57,539 bases of DNA from Mizuhopecten yessoensis (lineage: Eukaryota), in contig NW_018408904.1 of the NCBI RefSeq assembly GCF_002113885.1, positions 226,514 to 284,052 on the forward strand. Reading direction: 5' to 3'. How positions within the stretch are numbered: the stretch's first letter is position 1; each line of letters starts with the position of its first letter. The position numbers and the translations under genes were made by a program. The notes under the pieces are model-generated. The model was not told the origin of the DNA. It ran no database searches and saw only the letters and a program-made list of their open reading frames with translations. This document shows, piece by piece, positions 39,850-53,434 of this stretch.

Positions 39850-42600
39850 GCCTCTCAAAATATCATTCTCATAAACACACACCAGTCTGTTATATATAGC
39901 CTCTCAGTGTATCATTGTCATTAACAAACACTAGTCTGTTATATATAGCCTCTCAGTGTATCATTGTCATTAACACACTAGTCTGTTATATATAGTCTCT
40001 CAGTGTATCATTGTCATATTAACACAACAGTCTGTTATATAGTCTCCCAGTGTATCATTGTCATTAACACTCACGTCTGTTATATAGAGTCTCTCAGTGT
40101 ATCATTGTCATTAACACACACCAGTCTGTTATATATATAGTCTCTCAGTGTATCATTGTCATTAACACGCAAGTCTGTTATATATAGTCTCCCAGTGTAT
40201 CATTGTCGTTAACAAACACCAGTCTGTTATATATAGTCTCTCAGTGTATCATTGTCATATTAACACAACAGTCTGTTATATAGTCTCCCAGTGTATCATT
40301 GTCATTAACACTCACGTCTGTTATATAGAGTCTCTCAGTGTATCATTGTCATTAACACACTAGTCTGTTATATATAGTCTCTCAGTGTATCATTGTCATT
40401 AACACACACCAGTCTGTTATATATAGCTTCTCAGTGTATCATTGGCATTAACCCAAACCAGTCTGTTATATATAGTCTCCCAGTGTATCATTGTCATTAA
40501 CACAACAGTCTGTTATATATAGCCTCTCAGTGTATCATTGTCATTAACACACCAGTCTGTTATATATAGCCTCCCAGTGTATCATTGTCATTAACACTCA
40601 CGTCTGTTATATAGAGTCTCTCAGTGTATCATTGTCATTAACACGCAAGTCTGTTATATATAGTCTCCCAGTGTATCATTGCCATTAACCCACACCAGTC
40701 TGTTATATATAGTCTCCCAGCGTATCATTGTCATTAACAAACACTAGTCTGTTATATATAGCCTCTCAGTGTATCATTGCCATTTACACACCAGTCTGTT
40801 ATATATAGCCTCCCAGTGTATCATTGTCATTAACACTCACGTCTGTTATATAGAGTCTCTCAGTGTATCATTGTCATTAACACACCAGTCTGTTATATAT
40901 AGTCTCCCAGTGTATCATTGCCATTAACACACAAGTCTGTTATATATAGTTTCCCAGTGTATCATTGCCATTAACACACAAGTCTGTTATAGTATCATTG
41001 TCATTAACACAACAGTCTGTTATATATAGCCTCTCAGTGTATCATTGTCATTAACAAACACTAGTCTGTTATATATAGCCTCTCAGTGTATCATTGCCAT
41101 TTACACACCAGTCTGTTATATATAGCCTCCCAGTGTATCATTGTCATTAACACACACCAGTCTGTTATATATATAGTCTCTCAGTGTATCATTGTCATTA
41201 ACACGCAAGTCTGTTATATATAGTCTCCCAGTGTATCATTGCCATTAACCCACACCAGTCTGTTATATATAGTCTCCCAGCGTATCATTGTCATTAACAC
41301 ACAAGTCTGTTATATATAGTCCCCCAGTGTATCATTTCCATTAACACACAAGTCTGTTATATATAGTCCCCCAGTGTATCATTTCCATTAACACACAAGT
41401 CTGTTATATATAGTTTCTCAGTTTATCATTGTCATTTACACACAAGTCTGTTATATATAGTCTCTCAGTGTATCATTGTCATATTAACACAACAGTCTGT
41501 TATATAGTCTCCCAGTGTATCATTGTCATTAACACTCACGTCTGTTATATAGAGTCTCTCAGTGTATCATTGTCATTAACACGCAAGTCTGTTATATATA
41601 GTCTCCCAGTGTATCATTGCCATTAACACACAAGTCTGTTATAGTATCATTGTCATTAACACAACAGTCTGTTATATATAGTCTCCCAGTGTATCATTGT
41701 CATTAACACTCACGTCTGTTATATAGAGTCTCTCAGTGTATCATTGTCATTAACACACCAGTCTGTTATATATAGCCTCTCAGTGTATCATTGTCATTAA
41801 CACACAAGTCTGATATATATAGTCTCTCAGTGTATCATTGTCATTAACACACACCAGTCTGTTATATATAGTCTCCCAGTGTATCATTGCCATTAACACA
41901 CAAGTCTGTTATATATAGTCTCTCATTGTATCATTGTCATTAACACAACAGTCTGTTATATATAGTCTCCCAGTGTATCATTGTCATTAACACACAAGTC
42001 TGTTATATATAGTTTCTCAGTGTATCATTGTCATTTACACACAAGTCTGTTATATATAGTCTCTCAGTGTATCATTGTCATTAACGCACAAGTCTGTTAT
42101 ATATATAGCCTCCCAGTGTATCATTGTCATTAACACTCACGTCTGTTATATAGAGTCTCTCAGTGTATCATTGTCATTAACACACAAGTCTGTTATATTT
42201 AGCCTCCTAGTGTATCATTGTCATTAACATACAAGTCTGTTATATTTCATTAACACAACAGTCTGTTATATATAGCTTCTCAGTGTATCATTGTCATTAA
42301 CGCACAAGTCTGTTATATATGGCCTCCCAGTATATCATTGTCATTTACACACAAGTCTGTTATGTATAGCCTCCCAGTATACCATTGTCATTAACACACC
42401 AGTCTGTTATATATAGTCTCCCAGTATATCATTGTCATTTACACACAAGTCTGTTATATATAACCTCCTAGTGTATTATTCTCATTAACAAACATCAGTC
42501 TGTTATATATAACCTCCTAGTGTATCATTGTCATTAACACACAAGTCTGTTATATATAATCTCCTAGTGTATTATTCTCATTAACAAACATCAGTCTGTA
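39850..42600. repeat. ~47-bp minisatellite (AGTCTGTTATATATAGTCTCTCAGTGTATCATTGTCATTAACACAC)n
   Basis: Directly visible, with variable unit length. Confidence 0.96.
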
Positions 42601-43334
42601 ATAAATAGTCTCTGTGATTATCATATCATTTTTGTAACAAATGCTGCTTGCGTTTCTGTATCAAATTTAAGTTATTAGATTTTGAAGGGATTTTCGGGTA
42701 ACTTTACCCTTTCACATTTTTTGAAGCAAAGTATAAGTTCCAATATGGCAATAGTGACATGATACAAATCATTGATAACATGTAAAACCCGGTTTGACTA
42801 CAGTAGTCCAAGCTTCATATGCAATGTCTTAACAGTACAATAGATGTTCAAACACTTTCTTCTATATTCATCTTAAATACAACTCATGAAATATATTTAT
42901 ATATTACAGCTTTAACAATGGATTTAAATGTGTACATTTTAAACATACAGTTATTACTATATGTAGATCCTACACTTAGGACATATATTAATCTAATACC
43001 AATGAAGGAATGGTTGGGGAATTCAAACAAAATCCTACTCACATAGCATAAAACATCTGGAAATGTAATTCTGGAACACTTCCCTGGGATAGGGATTTCA
43101 CTGAAGAGTACACATGTTCTAACTGTCTTTACCAACAGTCACAACAGATAGGCTACCCGTTATTAACTAAACAGGTAGCTCCAACAAAAATAGTGTCAAA
43201 GTTGACCCTGTTATCTGATATAACAGAAAGTAAATCTAAACAAGAGAACACATTTAAGATTTCTCAAGATTCATATCCTCAAAACTGAAAGCACCATAAT
43301 TATTAATTAGCATATACAGGCCTGATGTTCTGTT

Positions 43335-45415
43335 CTGTTAAGGTAGATAACAACAGCAGTGCACGTGGTTGATCTAAAAATGCAACCTGAGATACCAACA
43401 ACAGCAGTGGTTGGTCTAACACTGTTACCTTAGATAACAACAACAGCAGTGGTTGGTCTACCACCATTACCTTAGATCCCAACAACAGCAGTGGTTGGTC
43501 AACCACCATTACCTTAGATCCCAACAACAGCAGTGGTTGGTCTAAAACTGTTACCATAGATACCAATAACGGCAGTGGTTCGTCTAACACTGTTACCTTA
43601 GATAACAACAACAGCAGTGGTTGGTCTACCACCATTACCTTAGATCCCAACAACAGCAGTGGTTGGTCTACCACCATTACCTTAGATCCCAACAACAGCA
43701 GTGGTTGGTCTAAAACTGTTACCATAGATACCAATAACGGCAGTGGTTCGTCTAACACTGTTACCTTAGATAACAACAACAGCAGTGGTTGGTCTACCAC
43801 CATTACCTTAGATCCCAACAACAGCAGTGGTTGGTCTAAAACTGTTACCATAGATACCAACAACGGCAGTGGTTCGTCTAACACTGTTACCTTAGATAAC
43901 AACAACAGCAGTGGTTGGTCTACCACCATTACCTTAGATCCCAACAACAGCAGTGGTTGGTCTAAAACTGTTACCATAGATACCAACAACAACAGTGGTT
44001 GGTCTAACACTGTTACCTTAGATAACAACAACAGCAGTGGTTGGTGTACCACCATTACCTTAGATCCCAACAACCGCAGTGGTTGGTCTACCACCATTAC
44101 CTTAGGTCCCAACAACAGCAGTGGTTGGTCTAAAACTGTTACCATAGATACCAATAACGGCAGTGGTTCGTCTAACACTGTTACCTTATATACCAACAAC
44201 TGCAGTGGTTGATCTACCATCATTACCGTGGATACCAACAACGGCAGTGGTTCATCTAAAACTGTTACAGTGGTTCGTCTAACACTGTTACCATAGATAC
44301 CAACAACTGCAGTGGTTGATCTACCATCATTACCTAAGATACCAACAACGGCAGTGGATGGTCTAACACTGTTACCATAGATACCAACAACGGCAGTGGT
44401 TGGTCTGGTTTAACACTTGCTTAGATACCAACAACAGAAGTGGTTGGTCTACAACTATTACCTTAGATACCAAAAACAGCAGAGGTTGGTTTAACACTGT
44501 TACCTTAGATACCAACAACAGCAATGGTTGGTCTACCACTGTTACCTTAGTTATCAAAAACAGCAGTGGTTGGTCTTACACTGTTACCAAAGATACCAAC
44601 AACATCAGTGGTTGGTTAACCACCATTACCTTAATTACTAACAACAGCAGTGGTTGGTCAACCACCATTACCTTAATTACTAACAACAGCAGTGGTTGGT
44701 AAACCACCATTACCTTAATTACCAACACCAGCAGTGGTTGGTCTGGTTTAACACTTGCTTAGATACCAACAACAGAAGTGGTTGGTCTACAACTATTACC
44801 TTAGATACCAAAAACAGCAATGGTTGGTCTACCACTGTTACCTTAGATACCAACAACAGCAGTGGTTGGTCTAACACTGTTACCAATGATACCAACAACA
44901 GCAGTGGTTGGTCAACCACCATTACCTTAATTACTAACAACAGCAGTGGTTGGTCAACCACCATTACCTTAATTACCAACAACAGCACTTGTCAGTCTAT
45001 CAATGTTACCATTAATACCAACAACAGCAGTGGTTGGTTTAACACTTACCATAGATACAAACAACAGCACTTGTCAGTCTATCAATGTTACCATAGATAC
45101 TAACAACAGCAGTGGTTGGTTTAACACTTACCATAGATACCAACAACACCACTTGTCGGTCTATCAATGTTACCATAGATACCAACAGAAGCACTTGTCG
45201 GTCTATCAATGTTACCATAGATACCAACAACACCACTTGTTAGTCTATCAATGTTACCATAGATACCAACAACAGCAGTGGTTGGTTTAACACTTACCAT
45301 AGATACCAACAACAGGACTTGTCGGTCTATCAATGTTACCATAGATACCAACAACAGCACTTGTCGGTCTATCAATTTTACCATAGATACCAACAACAGC
45401 AGTGGTTGGTCTACA
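43335..45415. repeat. 42-bp minisatellite (GATACCAACAACAGCAGTGGTTGGTCTAACACTGTTACCTTA)n with variant sub-arrays
   Basis: Directly visible; generates repetitive ORFs on both strands. Confidence 0.95.
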
Positions 45416-47022
45416 ACAAGGTCATGTTCGATACATGTATGGTATTTGATTATGGTTGCAAATGCATTTAATAATCATAAAGACTAATTTTCTTTGTTTG
45501 TTCATAAATGATCCTAGTGCATCTACAAGATTTTTGTCAGTTTATTAGAAGGAGGACTAGTGTAATGTAAGAAAGGGTACTTGAGGTCAGAAAACTGACA
45601 TTTCTTTGCTATACCAGTTAACAGCACACGTAACCAGCATAACCACATTTAAACCCTGCATTCTTCATCACCCAACAAAATCACCCATCAATTAGCTTTG
45701 TGTTGCATCTTAACATAGGACATGAAGATAGTAAGTACATTTTACCCAACATAATTAACTGTGCCAACCTCTACCTATTACCTCCCAACTTGGCAATGTA
45801 ACAAGATTTACAAACTAGGGGTTGGCAATAATAATCACCAATATATCGCAATATCTGTTCATTAATATATTGTAATTTGTTTTTGAAATGGCATTATATT
45901 GCAAAAAAATCATACTAAGCAGTTATGAAATAATTTCACAGAAACAGTGTTACATGTAGTATCCAAAATTAAACTTGCTTTGATCGTTAACTTCCAATAT
46001 CACACATATAATCATCAAAACATGCTAGAGTGGTGTTCACTTTACATTCAGTCTATGAAAAGCTGACTTTAAATGTATTGAATTTCTAACAAAACTATAT
46101 TCTTGTGATATATTTCAATGTTCTCTAAAATACTGTGATATCAAAATTTCTTGAATTATCCACCCCTAATATACAATTTTTCTAAGCTATCGTTATGTTC
46201 TGAACACAAAATATGAAAAGAGTTAATCTTCTGTAGGTATGGGGAATTCTTAATTTCCATATCCCCATTACCTCATATGAGAAACTCCTTTCAGAAAATA
46301 ATGCCTATGTAAAATTTACCTACATTTGTGTTTGAAGTCTAAAGACAATGTCTGCTAGTCATGGTGGATAAAGACTTATTCGTAAACAGGTCCCAAAGTG
46401 TTCTGGTAGTGCCCATATTCAGAAGACATCCACAACTCAGATGAAATTACAGCACATGTCTAAATAAAACAAAATCAACATAGGAATATTGCTTGTCGTC
46501 AAACCAAATGTCACTAATTGTACAGCGTTAGACCTTGGTAACAAAGCTACCAAACTACAATAAGAAAGGTAGTGCGTTCGGTAGCAGCTACTACCCCGAT
46601 CTGACATTAACATTTAACACTTTCACACTTTGTAAAAACAAATTTGTATCAAATACTGGATTTAAAGCTACAATTACTTTAATTTTAATTAGAATGGTCT
46701 TGTAAACTGGATGTTACATACATGTGTCTGTATTACATGATATTCATACCATCATACTATAAAGCTATATCTGCATATTTATTGCACTTATTGTCAATCA
46801 GTCACACATACAAACTTTTTTGTACCGTATACCTATTTTTGTTGCCAGAGATAAAACTAGCAATCAAAAACGAAATACTGTTGTTGGTTAACAATTTTGG
46901 CTGTCGAATAAATTAGTTTACATTTTTCATGTAACATAAGAGAACATGATACAATTAATGGTGGGACACTAATGAACATTTGTACTCTGTGACACACATA
47001 TAAAAACAGGTTGGAATGACAA

Positions 47023-50000
47023 CTAACTAGAGTAGTTGGATGTGGCTCCTGCAAGTAGACGACACAGCCATCCCCGAACTGACCGCACAATTTGTCTTGG
47101 CAAGGCGCACGGCTGAAGCCTGGACACCATCACTCCACAGTTGACCAGGTAATCAGTGAAGTGTGTTAAGGAAAGTAGCTGATTTTGAAGTTTGGTAGAA
47201 AAATGCATCACAGGTGAAAGCTTTACCCTTTAATTTGATTCCATGACCTTGAGTTCTAATTTATATACCATACAGTATTGTAGGATTAAAATGTAGTATA
47301 AGATGCATTCCTCAAAGTTTATAGCAAAAACATCACATCATAGTAACATACTTATTCTATTACAATAATTATCATAATGTGATCTTTTGACTAAAATGAC
47401 ATTAACCAAATTTAATTCATGTGAAAGGAAAGCTAAATTAAACATTTAATTGATCAAACTGAAGCATATACAGAAGATGTGTGGGAAACACACTCCTGGA
47501 GTTAGAGTCATTTAAAACATCAAACAGAAGATGTGTGGGAAACACACTCATGGAGTTAGAGTCATTTAAAACATCAAACAGAAGATGTGTGGGAAACACA
47601 CTCCTGGAGTTAGAGTCATTTAAAACATCAAACAGAAGATGTGTGGGAAACACACTCATGGAGTTAGAATCATTTAAAAAATGCCTACCACAAAATCTTT
47701 TATTACGTGAGTAAGTGAGTTTTGATATAAAAACAAGTTCAAATCACGGTAAAAGTCAGAAAACTTTCAAACAATTTGAACATAAAATTGCCGTTATATC
47801 ACACTCGGATACAAAATGGAACCAGCAAGTGTCTAAGTTTCATGCTCATGGAGTGAGAAGCATTTCAAAAATTAATTAATCCAAAAGCTTGTTTTCAGGT
47901 GGGAGGCTGAGACCACAGGATACCCTAGAGTTACTTTAATCTTAACTAGTAAGTAAACAATTCATTACATATATTTATTTGGGGTCAATTGAACACATAT
48001 TACCTGAAATTATAACATATCTTAAAGTCATCAAGTCCAAAAATAAAGCAATCAATATCTTACTAAGTAGAACATAGCTGCTGCATTTTTCTTTTCAGAC
48101 ATTTTGATTAATTTGATATTTTTCCAAACATAACGGACATTCCTGAGTATATAATGAAAAGGATATATAAAAGACCAGGGTGGTTTTCCTCCATTGACGT
48201 ACAACACATACAAATATCCATCCCTGGGTTTACCCTGAATAGAGTAGTAATAAGGCAGGAAACTGTGAGCTTGGAATCGACGCTTCTCGTAGAACCGGAT
48301 AGCAATTACATTTGTAGCAAGCACATGAAGGTATACAGCCTTACAATTACAGCGATCTTTTGATGTTAGGTAAGAGATCAGGCTGTCCAATAGCAAGGAA
48401 GCTGAAAAAGAATACAGCATTAAACAGGAGATCAAAAACCCTTACGAAACAAAGTTGATAGAGTGATGTCATTGAATTGTCGACAGATTTCTACAGACAG
48501 TTACGTGTTGTAACATAACTAGTTCATTATAGAAATTATGTCCTAATGAGCCAGTATTTCATAATTTGCTCATTATACTACCTCAAATGAAAAGTAGTTC
48601 TTAAGTGGTAGTAAAGTACTTGAACAATTGACCTACATATATCATAGATCTACAGTTACCAGACTCTGGCCTTACCAATCCCGTGTTTCCTGAAGTCCAC
48701 AACCACCCCTAGGCTCAGTATGTAGGCAACCTGAGAAGTCGGAGGATGATGATTGGCCAGAATGTCAGCATCCTGTGGAGGAATATATTCATGTATTATC
48801 AATAAGGCAATTTTTGAACTTATTCTTTTATACATCCCAATCTAGGATATAGAAATCTATAGTAACCAAGTAATATAATAAAATAGGATTATAAAATAAT
48901 TCCCTGTAAGAAAAGTCAAAGGAGCATGAAGATGTAATAGCCGAGTGACTGGAGCTACCTCTTTATTGATGGAAGATAGTAACTTGACCTCTGACACAAT
49001 CATTCCCACTATTCTTGAATGGTAGGTTGCAGCCAATGAATAAAACTTGGGGTTGGAGGTTATTTCTTGGTACCAAGTATCCGGATATCTGTAACAAAAC
49101 CATTAAATTACAAGTTCTGATAGTCTATATATGCAGATATATGGGAATGTATACCCTTTGGTATTACAATGTACTACATTTCTGGATCTTTATCATATAG
49201 GTATAATTTAACAAAAAATAATTGTGTTTTTCTTTACTTACAATAATTATATAACACCTCACTGCAATCACTATTAGCAAGATTTTTAGGTCACCTGAGA
49301 CAAAGTCTCAAGTGACCTATTGCGATCGCCTTTTGTCCGTCGTCGTCCGTCGTCCGTCGTCCGTCGTCCGTCGTGCGTCCGTAAACAATTTACATTTTCG
49401 ACTTCTTCTCCAAAACCCCTGANNNNNNNNNNNNNNNNNNNNNNNNNNNNNNNNNNNNNNNNNNNNNNNNNNNNNNNNNNNNNNNNNNNNNNNNNNNNNN
49501 NNNNNNNNNNNNNNNNNNNNNNNNNNNNNNNNNNNNNNNNNNNNNNNNNNNNNNNNNNNNNNNNNNNNNNNNNNNNNNNNNNNNNNNNNNNNNNNNNNNN
49601 NNNNNNNNNNNNNNNNNNNNNNNNNNNNNNNNNNNNNNNNNNNNNNNNNNNNNNNNNNNNNNNNNNNNNNNNNNNNNNNNNNNNNNNNNNNNNNNNNNNN
49701 NNNNNNNNNNNNNNNNNNNNNNTTTCCCCCTGGGGAGGGGGTAAACTTTACTATAGTTTATATAGGGAAATCACATTTTGGACCAACATTTGTTTAATTT
49801 CCATTGGAAGTAATTCAATTTGGGTTAGCATTATCAGTATTAGGTAGCAGTTTGATAGTATGCACCTATGAGCCCTGACTGACCCCCAGGGGCTGATGGG
49901 TGGGGCCAAAAAGGGTTGAATTGACTGAAATTTCAAAAATCTTCTTCTCAAGACCCAGATATGGTAGAATCAAATACTCTTCATAGATGGAAGGGTCTTA

Positions 50001-51009
50001 AGGTGCTTTACCAAATTTGTGAATTTCATGACCCTGGGGTCTCATGTTTCCCTCTGGGGAGGGGGTAAACTTTACTATAGTTTACATAGGGAAATCACAT
50101 TTTGGACTAACATTTGTTTAATTGCCATTGGAAGTAATTCAATTTGGGTTAGAATTATCAGTATTGGAAAGCAGTTTGATGGTATGCACATATCAGCCCT
50201 GACTGACCCCCAGGGGCTGATGGGTGGGGCCAAAAAGGGTTGAATTGACTGAAATTTCAAAAATCTTCTTCTCAAGACCAGATATGGTAGAATCAAATAC
50301 TCTTCATAGATGGTAGGGTCTTAGGGTGCTTTACCAAAATTGTGAATTTCATGACCCTGGGGTCTCACGTTTACCCCTGGGGAAGGAGGGGGGGGGGCAA
50401 AATTTGTTATGGTTTATAATGGCAAATGATGCTTTGAATATTACATGTTGATAACTTGATTGGAATTATAACCCTAAGTTGTCAGTTTGATACTTTGTAA
50501 ATTTTGAGCCATCCCTACCCCCAAGGGCTGTAGGGTGGGGCCCAATGGAGTCTGTGTGCTAAAATAAAATTTCTTCATTTTCGTTGTTTAGAATCAGAGG
50601 TGCTAGTTTCAAATACTTTTCAGTCTTAAATCTGCATGCTAGATATTGAATAAGGTGATTTTATTGTTTTTTGTCACTTTGAATAATATTTCTGTTCATG
50701 TTAAAAACAAAAATCAACTCTCTGTATAAATATATCAGGTGACCGTTAAGGCCCATGGGCCTGTTGTTTAATATAAAAGTATTTCATTACAGTACAACAT
50801 TATTGTTTTCATAAAAAATATCATCACAAAATTATCAATTATAAGGATTCACGTAAGATCCAAAATGAAATATTTCATAGGGAATCGTGGTATACATACT
50901 CTATTGGAAACCATTCTCTGCACAACTTCTTGACCTCATCAATATCTGCTGGACACAGAAATCGAAGCTGAACCTCCCTCTGGACACTGAAGGACATTGG
51001 CTGACACAT
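47023..51009 (-). CDS. NAA60: N-alpha-acetyltransferase 60 (NatF), 5 coding exons, ~234 aa
   Basis: Exons 51009-50900 (MCQP..EVQLRFLCPADIDEVKKLCREWFPIE), 49088-48959 (YPDTWYQEITSNPKFYSLAATY..GMIVSEVK), 48772-48676 (DADIL..QVAYILSLGVVVDFRKHGI), 48401-48167 (SLLL..KAVYLHVL..FYE..LPYYYSI..YVLYVNGGKPPW), 47155-47023 (DYL.. amphipathic tail). All phases are consistent. Confidence 0.95.
47156..48166 (-). other. U12-type (minor spliceosome) AT-AC intron, last intron of NAA60
   Basis: 5' site ATATCCTTTT at 48166; branch site TTCCTTAAC at 47173-47165; terminal AC at 47157-47156. Splicing restores the frame PPWSFI-DYL. Confidence 0.95.
47469..47680. repeat. 54-bp tandem repeat x~4 inside the U12 intron
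   Basis: CAGAAGATGTGTGGGAAACACACTC(C/A)TGGAGTTAGAGTCATTTAAAACATCAAA. Confidence 0.93.
49283..50768 (+). mobile_element. HINE element with ~324-bp internal repeats in NAA60 intron; assembly gap 49423-49722
   Basis: TTTTTAGGTCACCTGAGAC-AAA-GTCTCAAGTGACCTA inverted repeat; (GTCC/GTC)n microsatellite; 3' CAGGTGACC + hairpin GGCCCATGGGCC + TGTTGTT. Confidence 0.88.
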
Positions 51010-52446
51010 GTCCCCTCCAGAAACATCAGCACTTGACCAACATGGCTGCTTTACTATCACAATGTTCTCTGGCAAAATTTTATTTTGTCATTGATTACCT
51101 CAATAGACACCATGTACGCCACTCCATTGCTGTCAGTAGGCCTTCCTACAAATATGAACAAAAGGAGAAGGATTTGAAAATTTACTTATAATACCCCCTT
51201 TGACTTTGGCCTAGGTAAGCCAAGAAAAAAATAGGTTTATATCCCTTAAAACCTGTACTATTGGAGTTGGAATAACTTTAATTTTCCCATCCTTCAGTTG
51301 TCAAGTCCAAGTCACCCCAGTTGTTCTGGACTATAGTATAGTAGTTGTTAAAATTAGGTCACAGTACCAATACCATAGCTTGCTTAAGCTTAATTGGCTA
51401 GGTATATTTAAAATGAAAGGAGATAAAGAACTAAAGAAAAGTTGCTACAAATAACACTGATCAAGAAAAAGGAAAGCAGGTCTAATCTTCATGAGCTGGA
51501 TGTTTCCTTTTGTGTCCTCTTGATCTGCTTTGGAAATACTGCAGATATCTAACTTTTATCTGCTGCACCCATAGTGCATTTCAAAGTAGAGCTTGTGACA
51601 TTTATCTACCTTTTGGCATCCAAGATCTCTTATATAATACAGGTATAATTAAATTACCTAATGTTGTATTTTTATCATTTGGTCCAGCACAATCTGATTA
51701 TGAGTTGATGGATTGTTACATGTTGTAATATTAATGTAGGTGGTTATGTTAGATATCAAGGGGTTTTGATTTCCGGACACTTAAATCAACGAAGAAAAGT
51801 ACTGCAAGCATTAACCGCAAGACAAACTTAAGTGGCAGAAATTAACAAAAGGCTATAACTCTGCATAAAGTGGGGTGTGAGACCCAATTTAAGTACATGA
51901 TACTCCACCATCCCAAATGGTACCGGTACTCGTATACATAACAGAAGGTGCCCAGATTTACAGACAAATTCAGTGCATAATCCCGATACATGTAGTACCA
52001 GGTGGTGCCTGTCAGAAACTGGATGTTATTATTCAAACCAAACCTCTTTGATTACAATATATAAAGCAATTCGGATGCACAATATTCATCCTCACCGTCA
52101 ATTCATATCTGATCCAGATTGTGTTTAAAAGCATATTTTGCAGGGAAATAAGTATCCTCTATAGTACAATAATATGAACGCGTGGAGCCACATAATATAA
52201 CAGCTCTATGTATTGCAATGCATATATATATGCATGTACATATAGCTGATACGATATACACCTACTTGATTTGTATATTTTCCAAACAATACTAAATCGT
52301 CGCTATTGATACAAATTTGATAGGAAAATAATTAAAACCACTCCTACTCCGGCTACAGTCATCCTTAAATCATATGACTGGAAATGAATGGACTGCAGAA
52401 GACAGTTCTGCATTTAGGAAATAATAAAACATACATGTTAACTTAC

Positions 52447-52580
52447 TCGAAAAAACTAACTCTCGTCCATATCAGATACTTCAAATACCGCAATTTGATT
52501 CAAAAGGTTCATTTTCAGCGTTGTCTGAAAACGTAAACAGTTTCCCGGAAATAAACATGAATTGTTGTGTGCATGCGCAA
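52447..52580 (-). promoter_or_regulatory. Probable NAA60 non-coding first exon and promoter
   Basis: Perfect GTAAGT donor at 52446-52441; matching acceptor TAG opening an exon at 51145; nearby TTCCCGGAA (ETS/STAT-like) and TGCATGCGCA (NRF1-like) motifs. Confidence 0.55.
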
Positions 52581-53110
52581 AGATAGATCACTAAAATGTT
52601 TGAAAATCTTTTCGAATTAGGTAGGTACTAATTACAGGACAAAGAAACCATGAGTATATCAACTATAAAGATAATGTAGGCCTGTGTACTACTTTGAAAC
52701 ACTTGACAGAGGGCTAATATCTGACATTTTCTTTTAGATTATCACGAAGACTGGGATCCTGAGTAATAACTTCCATTAGTGCTAGTGCTTTCCCTAACAA
52801 TAGGTAACTTATAAGTTAAGTTTATATCTGGTTAATGACTAATAGTCCTATACACCTTATAGATAAATAAATACAATACAGTTGTCAAATACTTCTATCC
52901 GGTATACATGTACTTTGATGTTTATGATTTGATTGGTGCTTTAATTTGTAATTCAAGAAAAGTTCTTGATTTTTCCAGCGATTGCCTAGCTTATTTTTAA
53001 ATGAATTATCATTTAGTGTTGATACGTCATGTTCTGGCAGTTCATTCTAAATTGTCAGTGTTCTGATTGAACAATCGTTTTTTTCTGAGCATATTTATTG
53101 ATGACTTAGG

Positions 53111-53434
53111 AACATTATTCTTTGTCAACTTAGACACTTATGTAGCAATTTAAATTTTGATTTATTCAATGACCATTTAACTGACTGTCCCTCTTGTGCT
53201 TGCTCTTTTGAATATGAAACAGTTTTCCATTACTTTCTTGAATGTCCATTGTATAATGATCTCAGACTTACTTTATTTACTTCTGTTGATAATTATGGAA
53301 ATCATAACCATATTGATACAAACATTTTTCTACAAGGCTGTCCTGATTGTGATGGACTAACAAACAGACAGTTACTTAATGATGTACAGTTATTTATTGG
53401 TAAATCTAGGCGTTTTAATCTCTATATGATCTAA
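53111..53434 (+). mobile_element. 3' fragment of a non-LTR retrotransposon ORF2 (C-terminal Cys/His finger region)
   Basis: Open frame NIILCQLRHLCSNLNFDLFNDHLTDCPSCACSFEYETVFHYFLECPLYNDLR..FIGKSRRF, which matches the CxC..H..CPxY C-terminus seen in invertebrate LINE ORF2 proteins. Confidence 0.65.

Noticed and set aside
43303-45487. 312-aa and other repetitive ORFs on both strands (LLLLVSKVTVLDQP / DTNNSSGWSTTITL)
   Set aside because: Product of a 42-bp (multiple of 3) unit. No ATG or splice context, and frames break in the variant parts of the array.
45816-46168. Possible hAT-type MITE (TAGGGGT..ACCCCTA)
   Set aside because: The inverted repeat is very short and no 8-bp target-site duplication is visible.
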